52,438 nucleotides of DNA. Source: a virus. Taxonomy: Duplodnaviria > Caudoviricetes. The position numbers and the translations under genes are program-made. How positions within the stretch are numbered: the first letter of the stretch is position 1; the number at the start of each line of letters is the position of its first letter. The stretch spans positions 1-52,438 of the IMG/VR virus record IMGVR_UViG_3300016656_000038; one strand, written 5' to 3'. Of the stretch, positions 1-8,352 are shown in pieces. The notes under the pieces were generated by a model that was given only the letters and a program-made list of their open reading frames with translations, was not told the origin of the DNA and searched no databases.

Positions 1-22
1 CCGGCCGAATAGGCCTGGATGC
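1..22. repeat. Terminal direct repeat (circular assembly overlap), left copy
   Basis: ccggccgaataggcctggatgc at 1-22 is identical to 52417-52438; the DUF2213 frame continues across the join. Confidence 0.95.
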
Positions 23-110
23 CGGTCCGCGAGAGAACGGCGTCGACCTGAAGGAAGCCGTTCGGCAGTTCCCGGCGGGTCGACATACTGGCCTTGTCGC
101 GGATCAACAT
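1..110 (-). CDS. 5' part of DUF2213 head maturation/scaffold protein (continues at window end)
   Basis: ATG at 110 with upstream GGAG; MLIRDKASMSTRRELPNGFLQVDAVLSRTGIQAYSAG joins ELGLKDRRPGEMVNVWRPESEVF across the junction. Confidence 0.9.
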   Translation of the reverse strand, partial: MLIRDKASMSTRRELPNGFLQVDAVLSRTGIQAYSA

Positions 111-180
111 ATGGCGCTCCGAGGGCTTAGAGGCCCCACAGATACCGCTTCACGCCCCCCGCGCATAGAGGGGGATGCAT

Positions 181-999
181 TCAGTCTAACCGGAGATGGG
201 CGCGCGCCTTGCATCCGCAGTTCGGTTCGGTCCCCGGATGGCCGCCCAGAGGGGGCTTGTTCCAGCTGTAGATCAGGCCGTTGCGGGCGACGTGCGCCAA
301 GCGGGGATGAAGCTTCCCGGACTTCATCCACTCATATTCCGTAATCCCGGCCTCCTCCTGGCGGGCCTGATCCAGCCGGGCGGCCATCTTCACCGTCTGG
401 TCGCTGGCGATGAAGAGCGCGCGGCGCCGGCTGATCTGGACGGCCTTCGCGATCTCGCGGGCGACCTCCCGCCTGGGGGTCCGCTCTTGGAAGCCGCGCC
501 AGACCGCGCCAGCGATCCGGCCGCGCGTGTCTTCGTCGATGTTGCGGATCAGCGCGAGGATGCTCTGGCGGAAGGCCTCCATGGTCTCGCCCTCGGGATT
601 GAGGAGGGTCGAGAGGTCGACGCCCGTCGGGCTAAGGACGGCCGCGATGAACTTCCGGCGATGCCAGCGCTCCAGCCGGATCGTCCAGTCGCGCAGCTTG
701 GGCGTCAGCGTCAGGACCAGACGGGTGATCTCGGCCTCGGCCGCGTCGATCTCGCCTTGGATGTCGTCGACCGTGTCATGGATGGATGCATCCATGGTAG
801 GGCGCCGCTCGGCCATGGTCCGATCATAGGCCGTCATGATCCGCCCGCGCGCCGCCGCGCTCCAAGCGCTGACAACCTGGTTCACGATGGCGGCCAGTTC
901 GAGCGCCTGGGAGGACGTCGGGTTGATCGCCCGGAGGGTGATCGTCTTCCGGCTGGTCTTTCCGGCGCGTCGGATCATGCGGGCGAGCGGGTAGGTCAT
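181..999 (-). CDS. Minor head morphogenesis protein (Mu gpF / SPP1 gp7 family)
   Basis: RALFIASDQ, YEWMKSG..HPRLAH, HPGTEPNCGC motifs; lies after portal; likely start MTYPL at 999. Confidence 0.85.
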   Translation of the reverse strand: MTYPLARMIRRAGKTSRKTITLRAINPTSSQALELAAIVNQVVSAWSAAARGRIMTAYDRTMAERRPTMDASIHDTVDDIQGEIDAAEAEITRLVLTLTPKLRDWTIRLERWHRRKFIAAVLSPTGVDLSTLLNPEGETMEAFRQSILALIRNIDEDTRGRIAGAVWRGFQERTPRREVAREIAKAVQISRRRALFIASDQTVKMAARLDQARQEEAGITEYEWMKSGKLHPRLAHVARNGLIYSWNKPPLGGHPGTEPNCGCKARAHLRLD

Positions 1000-1091
1000 C
1001 CGAAGATCACCTTCGCGAGGCCGACCCAGAAGGCCGCGAGGGCGAAGATGCAGCCGTTCAGGACGACGGCTCGGAAGGTCTGGCGGGTCAC
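996..1091 (-). CDS. 31-aa hydrophobic peptide (not in ORF track)
   Basis: GGAGATCGAGAC-GTG start; (M)TRQTFRAVVLNGCIFALAAFWVGLAKVIFG; stop overlaps the MuF start (ATGA). Confidence 0.6.
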   Translation of the reverse strand: MTRQTFRAVVLNGCIFALAAFWVGLAKVIFG

Positions 1092-1136
1092 GTCTCGATC
1101 TCCAGTGGCGAGGCGGGAACATCGCTCGCGACCGGG

Positions 1137-1171
1137 CAAAAGAAAACCCCCCGACCATGGCCGGAGGGGGA
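1137..1171 (-). terminator. Intrinsic terminator downstream of portal
   Basis: GC hairpin followed by TTTTCTTTT on the minus strand. Confidence 0.6.
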
Positions 1172-1271
1172 GATGGGATGCTCGGAGGGTTTCCTACGCG
1201 GCCGAAACTACCGGGCCAGGGCTGGTCGCTTGGAGACGACGGCCGAGACTTCTCCCGGCCGCGCCCCGTCG

Positions 1272-3233
1272 TCAAGCCTCCTGAATGGTCTCGCGCCAGT
1301 TTTCCACGATCTCCTCGAAGACCTCGGGGCCGAACTTCAGCGGACCCGGGAAGGGCTTCACCTTCTTGAGGTTCAGACCCTCGGGGGCCTTCCAGGTGAT
1401 GGTCACATGGGGCTGGTATTCGTCGAAGTCCCAGCTGGCCCCGGCGCGAACGATCTCGCCATGGCGATAGGCCAGGTTTCCCGAGGCGAACAGCAGGACC
1501 ACCGCGCCGGCCGAGCCCAGAGGTTCGACGATCCGCGCGCCGCCCGGCGGGACGTTCAGCGTCCCATCCTCGCCCGAGAAGGACCAGTCCGAGGAGACGG
1601 CCATCCAGTCGACCGGGCGCTTCGAGAACGCGATGGTCACATGGAGGTTGTCTTGGACGGTCTCGAAGCCTTGCTCCTTCGCCCAAGCGGTGAACTCGGC
1701 CGCGTTCAACAAGGGGCGATGCACATAGAGCGTCCGGGGCTTGGCGTCGCGGGCCTTGCGGGGATCGGGCCGCTGAACGACCGCTCGGACCGTCTGATCG
1801 CCGGCGACCAGCTTCAGCGTCCGAGGCTTGTTCGCTTCCTGCTCGGCCGCCGCGCGCGCCGCCGGGTTGCGCGGGTCGGTCTCCGGGTAGGGCTGACCCG
1901 TCTTGGGATCGATGTCGTTCCCGTCATCGGCCGGGTCTTCGAACGGAAGAAGTGTTCCCGCCTTGGCGTCCTCAATGGCCTGTTCCAGCCCGGGCCAGCG
2001 GCCGCTCTCGATCAAACGGTTCTGGAAGCTGACCTCTAGGGCGGCCATCGGGACCAGACCGGAGTCCGCGATGGATTTCGCCACGTCGGCCTCGCTCTTC
2101 TCGATCTCGGCCGCTTCCTTGGGCGTCGGGATACGGAGCGGGTTCCACTTCGACCAGGTCGCCTTGTCGGGCGCCTTCCCCAAGGCGGAGATCAGCAGGG
2201 CGTGATCCAGCCGGTCCATGCGGGGGTCGAGGTCGTTCCGCTGTTTGGCGCCGATCATGGCCTCATAGTTCTGGAGGTCGCTTTCTCCGGTCGCGTTCAT
2301 CCCTTGGGGGGACTGGCCGATCATCCGCGTGGCGGGAATGTCCGCCGCGCCGCTGACCACCTGGAGGAACAGCTTCGCGACGTCCGTCAGGCCGTTGAAG
2401 GCGACTTCCTTCCGCTCCCACTCTTCGGTCCCGTCGATCAGGAGGATGTTGTTCGTCGCCTTCAGGACCGCCGCCAGTTCCCAGCGGGTCATCATGTGGT
2501 CGCGGAACTCCTTCGTGATGCTCTGGCCGAGCAGCCCGGGGACCTTGACGACGTCGATCTTCGCTTCCTCGATCAGGGACGCGATCCCCTGGTTGGTCGC
2601 GCTGGCCTGCATCACCGCATCGCGGACGGCCATCAGGATAGGGTCGCCATAGACCTTCGTTTCGCCCGAGCCGGTTTCGTCGTCCGGGATGGGGGCGCCC
2701 ATGAAGGTGATCACGCGCGAGTGGTGAACCTGGGTCGTTCCCCGCTGGCCGCCCGCGAGGTTGTAATAGATCGGGAGGTCGAAGTTTCCGTCCGGGTCGT
2801 ATGGGTCCCACTGGACCGGCCCGGCCGTCAAGCGGTTGCGCGGGAGAACCAGGACTTGCTTCAGGCCGCCCACGCCGGAGATGTCGAGCGGACGCATCAG
2901 GTCCATGGCGCCGTCGTCGAGGACCAGCCCGGCGCCGCCCCGCAGGCGAGCCCACCAGATGGCCTTATGGACCTTCTGGCGAATCCCCAGCCGCTTCTCC
3001 TCGGCCTCCATGGTGCTGATGTCCTTCCGGTCGATCTGGAAGGTTCGCCATTCGCGGGTCATGTCGAAGGCCGGGATGTCGACGATCTTCCGGGCGATCC
3101 AGTCGCCCCGATAGGCGAAGTCGGCCTCGGCCTGGTTCATCTGCTGGAGGACGAACTGGCGATGAGCCGCCTTGTCCTTCCCCCAGACGCCAAGGCCAGA
3201 CGTCAAGTTCATGAGCGTGTCGCGGAGTTGCAT
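1272..3233 (-). CDS. Portal protein (DUF1073 family) with C-terminal Acb1-like 2H phosphodiesterase domain
   Basis: Portal motifs YRGDWIARKIVDIPA and ADIPATRMIGQSPQGMNATGESD; C-terminal LHVTIAFS...QPHVTITW (two HxT motifs); follows terL. Confidence 0.88.
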   Translation of the reverse strand: MQLRDTLMNLTSGLGVWGKDKAAHRQFVLQQMNQAEADFAYRGDWIARKIVDIPAFDMTREWRTFQIDRKDISTMEAEEKRLGIRQKVHKAIWWARLRGGAGLVLDDGAMDLMRPLDISGVGGLKQVLVLPRNRLTAGPVQWDPYDPDGNFDLPIYYNLAGGQRGTTQVHHSRVITFMGAPIPDDETGSGETKVYGDPILMAVRDAVMQASATNQGIASLIEEAKIDVVKVPGLLGQSITKEFRDHMMTRWELAAVLKATNNILLIDGTEEWERKEVAFNGLTDVAKLFLQVVSGAADIPATRMIGQSPQGMNATGESDLQNYEAMIGAKQRNDLDPRMDRLDHALLISALGKAPDKATWSKWNPLRIPTPKEAAEIEKSEADVAKSIADSGLVPMAALEVSFQNRLIESGRWPGLEQAIEDAKAGTLLPFEDPADDGNDIDPKTGQPYPETDPRNPAARAAAEQEANKPRTLKLVAGDQTVRAVVQRPDPRKARDAKPRTLYVHRPLLNAAEFTAWAKEQGFETVQDNLHVTIAFSKRPVDWMAVSSDWSFSGEDGTLNVPPGGARIVEPLGSAGAVVLLFASGNLAYRHGEIVRAGASWDFDEYQPHVTITWKAPEGLNLKKVKPFPGPLKFGPEVFEEIVENWRETIQEA

Positions 3234-3253
3234 TTGGTCCTCGGTCCAGGGGG

Positions 3254-4846
3254 TCAGCTGACGCCCGAAAGGTCATAGATGGTCAGCGACGATAGCACAC
3301 GGATCAAATCCGAGAGCGCGTCGACGATGTCGTCGTGTTTGGAGCCCGGGAAGTTGCAGACTTCGTCCAAGAAGGGCTTGTTCCACGGCCCCCGAACCAG
3401 CTTGATCTTCCCGAACTCCGCCTGGGAGGCGGCCGGGCCGGCGCGGACTTCCTTGTCGCCGGAGACGATCTCGCTCTTGACCGTATAGGCGGCCAGCAGG
3501 GAGACCAGGAACTCGATCTGGAACTTCGCGGCTTGGCCGGGGTCCTGGGGGATCGAGATCACCGTCCCGAAGCCGTCCTGACTGGCCGTGTTCTTGATCG
3601 TCGAGGCGATCTTCCCGGGCGTGTCCCGAAGGTGAACCAGGTCGGTAATCCAGAAGTTGCCATCTGGGGTCCGCTTGCCCTTCAGGCCGGCGGTCCAGTC
3701 GGGGTCCTTCGAGGTCTGGTTCTTCTTGGTCCCCGCGAGGTCCCAGCACCGGGCGTCGCGGCCGCCCATCGGATAGGCGTCGACGATCTCGAACCACTCG
3801 CGCTTGAACAGCCCGCCCTCGCGCGGCGTCGGCCGTTGTTGCATCTGGCCCGCCACCGAATAGGCGGTCATCTCCTTCTCGGTCCGGTCGACGGCCTCGC
3901 GGTCGAAGCGCTCCTGGAAGAGGAGTTCGCCGTCATAGACGCGCCGATCCCGGAGCAGTTCGGTCCCGTCCTTCTTGTAAACGATGCATCGGCGGTCCGG
4001 CTCGAACCTCATCGGCATCATCAGATGGGAATACCCCAGCTTCTCCGAGAGGATCATCCCGGAGACGTCCTCTTCGTGAACCCGCTGCATGATGACCAGG
4101 ATCGCGGACTTCTTCGGGTTGTTGAGGCGCGTCGGGATGGTTTCGCGCATCACCCGGACGGTCTTCTCGCGGCTGACCTTGCTCTCCCCGCCCTCGATGC
4201 TGTGGGGGTCGTCGACGATGACCCAGTCGCCCCGGTCGCCGGTTAGGGATTGCATCGGCCGGCCCTTGCGCCAGCCGGTCCGGTTGTTCTGGAAGTGGTC
4301 GTCGGCGCCGCGCCCGATGACCTTCACATGGGGATAAAGGTCGGTGAACCAGTCGGAGGTCACAAGGGACCGCATCTTCCCGGTATCGCGGGCCGCGTGT
4401 TCTTCCTTGAACGACGTCCCGAGGATGCGGAGGCCCGGCCGCTCCAGCGGCCCCCAGCCATAGGCCGGGAAGAAGACGCCCGACATGAGCGACTTCATCA
4501 TCCCGGGCGGGATGTTGATCAGGCCGCGAATGATCTCCCCGTCCGCGATGGCCTGAAGGAACTCCGCGATAGCGTCGAGCGCCCAGCCCCAGACGAACTC
4601 GGTCTCCGGCTCCAGGACGTGCCAGCCCTCGCGGACGAACCCCGGGAGGGTTTTGCATCGCTCGCGGATTTCTTCCAGCTGGCCGGCGCGCTCCTTCCGC
4701 TCGCGCTCGCGCTGGCGGCGTTCGGCGTCGCGGGCCAGGACCTCTTCGGCCTTGGCCCTATTGGAGGGATCGAGGCTCCATCGGAGCCACGCCATCGGGT
4801 CCGATGTTGGCGGCCCGGAGGGTATCGAACGCGGCGCGTTGTTCAT
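3254..4846 (-). CDS. terL: Terminase large subunit
   Basis: INIPPGMMKS Walker A, VIVDDPH Walker B, IMQRVH, C-terminal nuclease WDLA...HDDIVDALS; alternative start at 4795. Confidence 0.93.
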   Translation of the reverse strand: MNNAPRSIPSGPPTSDPMAWLRWSLDPSNRAKAEEVLARDAERRQRERERKERAGQLEEIRERCKTLPGFVREGWHVLEPETEFVWGWALDAIAEFLQAIADGEIIRGLINIPPGMMKSLMSGVFFPAYGWGPLERPGLRILGTSFKEEHAARDTGKMRSLVTSDWFTDLYPHVKVIGRGADDHFQNNRTGWRKGRPMQSLTGDRGDWVIVDDPHSIEGGESKVSREKTVRVMRETIPTRLNNPKKSAILVIMQRVHEEDVSGMILSEKLGYSHLMMPMRFEPDRRCIVYKKDGTELLRDRRVYDGELLFQERFDREAVDRTEKEMTAYSVAGQMQQRPTPREGGLFKREWFEIVDAYPMGGRDARCWDLAGTKKNQTSKDPDWTAGLKGKRTPDGNFWITDLVHLRDTPGKIASTIKNTASQDGFGTVISIPQDPGQAAKFQIEFLVSLLAAYTVKSEIVSGDKEVRAGPAASQAEFGKIKLVRGPWNKPFLDEVCNFPGSKHDDIVDALSDLIRVLSSLTIYDLSGVS

Positions 4847-5201
4847 CCGTCAGGCTTCCGAGGAACTGGGCCAGCGCGGCCGGGTCGAAGAGGGGGGCAT
4901 CGTTCTTGCCTGTTAGCTGGAGTTTCGCGCCATAGCCTCGGTCTCGGGCGTGATGGTCGAGGAAGTATTGGACCCACTTCATCTCCCCGTTGACCACCGC
5001 CTGGAACAGCTTCCCTTCCGCGACGTCCTTCAGCTTGTCGAGCGCGAGGTTCTTCAGGGCCGCAAGGTCGGGATGGCGCTTGATCCAGTGATGCACGTTC
5101 GAGGGGTCGCAGCCGAGTTCCATCGCGGCCTGCGTCGGAAGCCCGCCGTTCTTTTCCAGGGCGGCTCGAACTTGAGCCTTCGTCAGTCGTGGTCCAGCCA
5201 T
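4758..5201 (-). CDS. terS: Terminase small subunit (HTH)
   Basis: HTH TQAAMELGCDPSNVHHW, RGYG..LTGKND motif; immediately upstream of terL. Confidence 0.75.
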   Translation of the reverse strand: MAGPRLTKAQVRAALEKNGGLPTQAAMELGCDPSNVHHWIKRHPDLAALKNLALDKLKDVAEGKLFQAVVNGEMKWVQYFLDHHARDRGYGAKLQLTGKNDAPLFDPAALAQFLGSLTDEQRAAFDTLRAANIGPDGVAPMEPRSLQ

Positions 5202-5269
5202 ATGCGCGCGCGAGGTTGAAGTCGTGAAGTTGACGCGCGACCCTACCCCTTCCCTCCGGTTCGCACAAA

Positions 5270-5361
5270 GGATGCACTTTCCCGTTGACTGCTGATCCTC
5301 CAGCATGGGAGGGATGCACTTCGCCCGCCGGCGCCAACCGGCCTAGATCGAGACCACTCTG
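5270..5361 (+). promoter_or_regulatory. Early promoter/leader copy 1
   Basis: GGATGCACTT at 5270 and 5312, TTGACT at 5285, hairpin GCCGG-CGCCAA-CCGGC at 5327-5342, GATCGAGAC at 5346. Confidence 0.7.
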
Positions 5362-5598
5362 ATGAACTTCACCCTCTCGGCCATTGCGGCCTCCAGTTCC
5401 TCGCCCTTGGGCCTTCAGGTTCCCGACCGTTTGGTTCGGGCCAGGTCTGCTCGCGTCTTCCAGGCTCTCGGCTTCCAGGGCTCGGGCGCGACCTTCGCCC
5501 ATCGGTTCCTCGGGCCGGTTCACGGCCGGGGCATCCTCGACGCCAAAAAGGCCGGGGGATGCATCGTCGTCTCCGGGACGGGAATGTTCTTCGTCTAA
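5362..5598 (+). CDS. Hypothetical early protein
   Basis: ORF directly after the repeated leader. Confidence 0.6.
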   Translation: MNFTLSAIAASSSSPLGLQVPDRLVRARSARVFQALGFQGSGATFAHRFLGPVHGRGILDAKKAGGCIVVSGTGMFFV

Positions 5599-5693
5599 CC
5601 CGCCACCGCTCAAAAAATCGAACGGGGGCCTCGCCCCCTTTACCCCCGCCTTCAGTTTCCCGCCGCGCCGCCGGCTTCAAAGGAGAAGACAGA

Positions 5694-6722
5694 GTGACCG
5701 ATTTCCAGATGCCGCCCGTCGACGGGCCGCTTCATCTCCGGCGCGAGGCGCGGCGGGCCATGGGCGAAGCTATCGAGCGCCTGTCCGAAGAGACCGGCTA
5801 TCGGTTCGGCCCTCGCGGCTGGGCCTATTACGCCGAAGGTCTGGGCCTGATCACGAAAGGCGAGTTCGCCCGGTTCGAGAAGCTGCTGACCGATATGCGG
5901 AAGGACGGCGAACTGGACCCGGACGTCATCGAGCCCGACGCCTCTCGCATGGCGACCGAGGTCAACGACTTTGAGGCCAGCGAGGAGACGCCCGAGGAAC
6001 TGGCGGAATACGCCGTGAGCCGGATCGGGGAGGAGTTGAACGACTGGGCGCGCTCCTACCGCGAGACAGGATACTGGGACGGGCTCGATTACTATGTCGA
6101 GATGATCGTCGAGAAGAAGGACCTGGTCCAAATCTTCAAATCGACGGCCGACCGCTACAATGTCCGCATAACGAACGGGAAGGGCGACACCGACATCCAC
6201 ACCCGCCTCGCTATGCTGAAGCGGTTCAAGGCTCACGCTGAAGCTGGGCGCGAGTGTCGCCTGCTCGCCATCGGGGACCATGATCCCAAGGGTCTTAGCA
6301 TCGTCGATGGGCTGACGCGGACGATCATGTCCTGCGCCAACCTGAAGGGCCTCGACTGGGATTATCCCGAGTTCGAGGTCGTCAACATCGGCCTGACCGA
6401 GGAGCAAATCGACACTCTGGGCCTGATGAAGATCGGGAACCTGGAAACCGGCGGCGGCCGCGATCTTTCCGACCGCAACCACCCCGACCACTACAAGGCG
6501 TATGTCCAAGATTACATGGCCCGTTTCGGGGTCTGGAAGTGCGAGGCGAACGCTCTAGTCGGCCACCCTCGGAAGGCGGAGAACCTTCTGGAAGACGCCA
6601 TCAACCGCTTCATTCCCGGAAGTCATCCATCCATGGTCCGCTCTAGGAACCGCCCGGGCCAGGCCGCCGTGAGAAACGAGATCGCTCGCCTGATGGAAGA
6701 TTGGACGTTCTCCGATGAATAG
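5694..6722 (+). CDS. TOPRIM-domain protein (Topo VI-A / JetD-like)
   Basis: AGGAG RBS and GTG start; EMIVEKKD (E-K) and IGDHDPKG (DxD) motifs. Confidence 0.7.
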   Translation: MTDFQMPPVDGPLHLRREARRAMGEAIERLSEETGYRFGPRGWAYYAEGLGLITKGEFARFEKLLTDMRKDGELDPDVIEPDASRMATEVNDFEASEETPEELAEYAVSRIGEELNDWARSYRETGYWDGLDYYVEMIVEKKDLVQIFKSTADRYNVRITNGKGDTDIHTRLAMLKRFKAHAEAGRECRLLAIGDHDPKGLSIVDGLTRTIMSCANLKGLDWDYPEFEVVNIGLTEEQIDTLGLMKIGNLETGGGRDLSDRNHPDHYKAYVQDYMARFGVWKCEANALVGHPRKAENLLEDAINRFIPGSHPSMVRSRNRPGQAAVRNEIARLMEDWTFSDE

Positions 6723-6996
6723 GTCGGCCATCATCTCGGCCCTTGAGGCCTATCGCATCCAGCGCGGCTCGGGGGTATCGGAACCCCTCCGGGCGGTCGA
6801 CGTGGTCGGTATTGCGGACGCGATCATAGCCGCAACCGATGCCGACATGAAAACGGCTCTCAAACTCTTGGATCGCTGGGACGCAACAAGGTCCGAGGTT
6901 AGCGGCAAAGGCACGGTTGAGACCCTGACGCGCGAGTTCATCGCCAAAATGGGAGGTTTGCCCGTTCCTACCGGAAACTATCATCACCGCCCATGA
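6715..6996 (+). CDS. Hypothetical protein
   Basis: ORF overlapping the upstream stop, same operon. Confidence 0.6.
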   Translation: MNRSAIISALEAYRIQRGSGVSEPLRAVDVVGIADAIIAATDADMKTALKLLDRWDATRSEVSGKGTVETLTREFIAKMGGLPVPTGNYHHRP

Positions 6997-6998
6997 CA

Positions 6999-7090
6999 GG
7001 TCGAAACCTAGCGGGGCCAGTTTGCCGATTTGCGCAAACTACGCCCCGCGATGGTCCGCCGGTATCCTCCGGCGCTGATGAGACCAGGAG
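6999..7090 (+). ncRNA. Type II hammerhead ribozyme
   Basis: GGTC-GAAA (6999-7006), long stem III, GUC triplet 7054-7056, stem I CGCCGG/CCGGCG, CUGAUGA 7075-7081, GACC closing stem II. Confidence 0.88.
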
Positions 7091-7095
7091 TCCAA

Positions 7096-7293
7096 ATGCA
7101 GACGACCGCCCAAACCCCGCGCTTCACCCAGTGGAACGCCCAGCGCTCCGGCGCTTCCCAGACCGTTGTCGGCCTTGAAGATGGCCGAGCCCGAAAGATC
7201 GCTGGGGTCTATAGGATCAACCGAACGCCAGACGGCCAAGGATACGCCGAAGGGCTGAACGCCAAGGGCGAGGTTATCGTCTTCCTCGATTGA
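7096..7293 (+). CDS. Hypothetical protein downstream of the ribozyme
   Basis: AGGAG at 7086-7090, ATG at 7096 (MQTTAQTPRF). Confidence 0.7.
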   Translation: MQTTAQTPRFTQWNAQRSGASQTVVGLEDGRARKIAGVYRINRTPDGQGYAEGLNAKGEVIVFLD

Positions 7294-7325
7294 TCCGACC
7301 GCCATCCCCTGGGCCTCGGCCTGGG

Positions 7326-7409
7326 GGATGCACTTTTCGCTTTACTGCGCCCGGGGAGCATGGGATGCACTTCGGGTCGCCCGCGCCAACGGGTTAGGAG
7401 ATCGAGACA
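7326..7409 (+). promoter_or_regulatory. Early promoter/leader copy 2
   Basis: Two GGATGCACTT boxes, TTTACT, hairpin CCCG-CGCCAA-CGGG at 7380-7393, AGGAGATCGAGAC. Confidence 0.7.
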
Positions 7410-7898
7410 ATGCTTAACGCCCTTCTAGTTTCTTGCGCCCTCGGGTTCGGTTCCGCGACCCCGATCACGGCTGACACCTTCGTCAGCGCCCGCCACGTCT
7501 TCCTGAACGACGTCTGTAACGTCGCCGGCCGCGAGGTCGAGATCGTCTTCCAGGACGCCGAATCCGACATCCTGATCGGCCGGGTGAAGCGCCCGTTCGA
7601 CGCGCCGCTGGCCGTATCCTGCGCCCGACTGGAGACCGGCTCGACCTATCGGCTGGTCGGCGCCAAGGATCGCTCGCGCGCCCGGGCGACAGCGACCTAT
7701 TACGACATCCGGGTCGAGACCGGCATCGTCCGCGATATGCGCGGCCTGACCGGCCGGGCCGAGCCGGGAATGTCCGGCGGGGCCGTCCTGAACGATCAGG
7801 GCGCCATCGTCGGGATCATCTCGGCCGAGGGCCGGAACGGCGTCGTCGGGGTCCGGGAGTTCGCCACCACTGGTCTATGCGAAGGCATGGGCCAATGA
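7410..7898 (+). CDS. Trypsin-like serine protease, probably exported
   Basis: SARHV (His), SDILI (Asp), PGMSGG (Ser); hydrophobic N-terminus. Confidence 0.75.
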   Translation: MLNALLVSCALGFGSATPITADTFVSARHVFLNDVCNVAGREVEIVFQDAESDILIGRVKRPFDAPLAVSCARLETGSTYRLVGAKDRSRARATATYYDIRVETGIVRDMRGLTGRAEPGMSGGAVLNDQGAIVGIISAEGRNGVVGVREFATTGLCEGMGQ

Positions 7899-8209
7899 GC
7901 GAGGGCGGGTCCTTCGGGTTGGTCTGCCCTCATTGCGAGGGCGGGTCCAATCTGGTGAAGGACAGCCGCCCGAACTCCATCGGGATACGCCGTCGTCACC
8001 TTTGCGGCGATTGCGGCGGGCGCTTCACCACCCAAGAGATCGTCGTCGAGGAGGGTGTCGGGATGGTTGTCCAGAACAACGGGAACCACCCTCCGCTCTG
8101 CGAGCCCCTTTCGTTCCACCTGAAGCGCGTCGAGGACGCCATGGCGGACAAGTTCGCCGCAGCGATCGGTCGCTTCTTTTCCGCCTTCGTCAAAACCGAG
8201 GACTTCTGA
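7895..8209 (+). CDS. NrdR-like zinc-ribbon protein
   Basis: CPHC...VKDSR...IRRRHLCGDCGGRFTTQE. Confidence 0.7.
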   Translation: MSEGGSFGLVCPHCEGGSNLVKDSRPNSIGIRRRHLCGDCGGRFTTQEIVVEEGVGMVVQNNGNHPPLCEPLSFHLKRVEDAMADKFAAAIGRFFSAFVKTEDF

Positions 8210-8352
8210 TGGCCTACTCGCCCCCGCCCAGCCGCGACCCGGTTCCCGGCCTTGTCCGCTTGGTCCTGATGATCTTCGCCGCGCTGGTCGCCCTTGTGAT
8301 CAGCAGCCCCGTCATCCTGCGCGCCGTCATCGCTTTGTTTGCGACGCTCTGA
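8209..8352 (+). CDS. Small membrane protein
   Basis: TGATG coupling on both sides; hydrophobic 47 aa. Confidence 0.6.
   Translation: MAYSPPPSRDPVPGLVRLVLMIFAALVALVISSPVILRAVIALFATL

Noticed and set aside
1000-1686. 501-aa ORF extending MuF upstream into the portal gene (possible frameshift fusion)
   Set aside because: The extension is Arg/Pro/Gly-rich, crosses a terminator and has no evident slippery site; long open frames are common at this GC content
5359-5365. CTGATGA as a second hammerhead core
   Set aside because: It is the start-codon context of the 5362 ORF; no matching GAAA or stems
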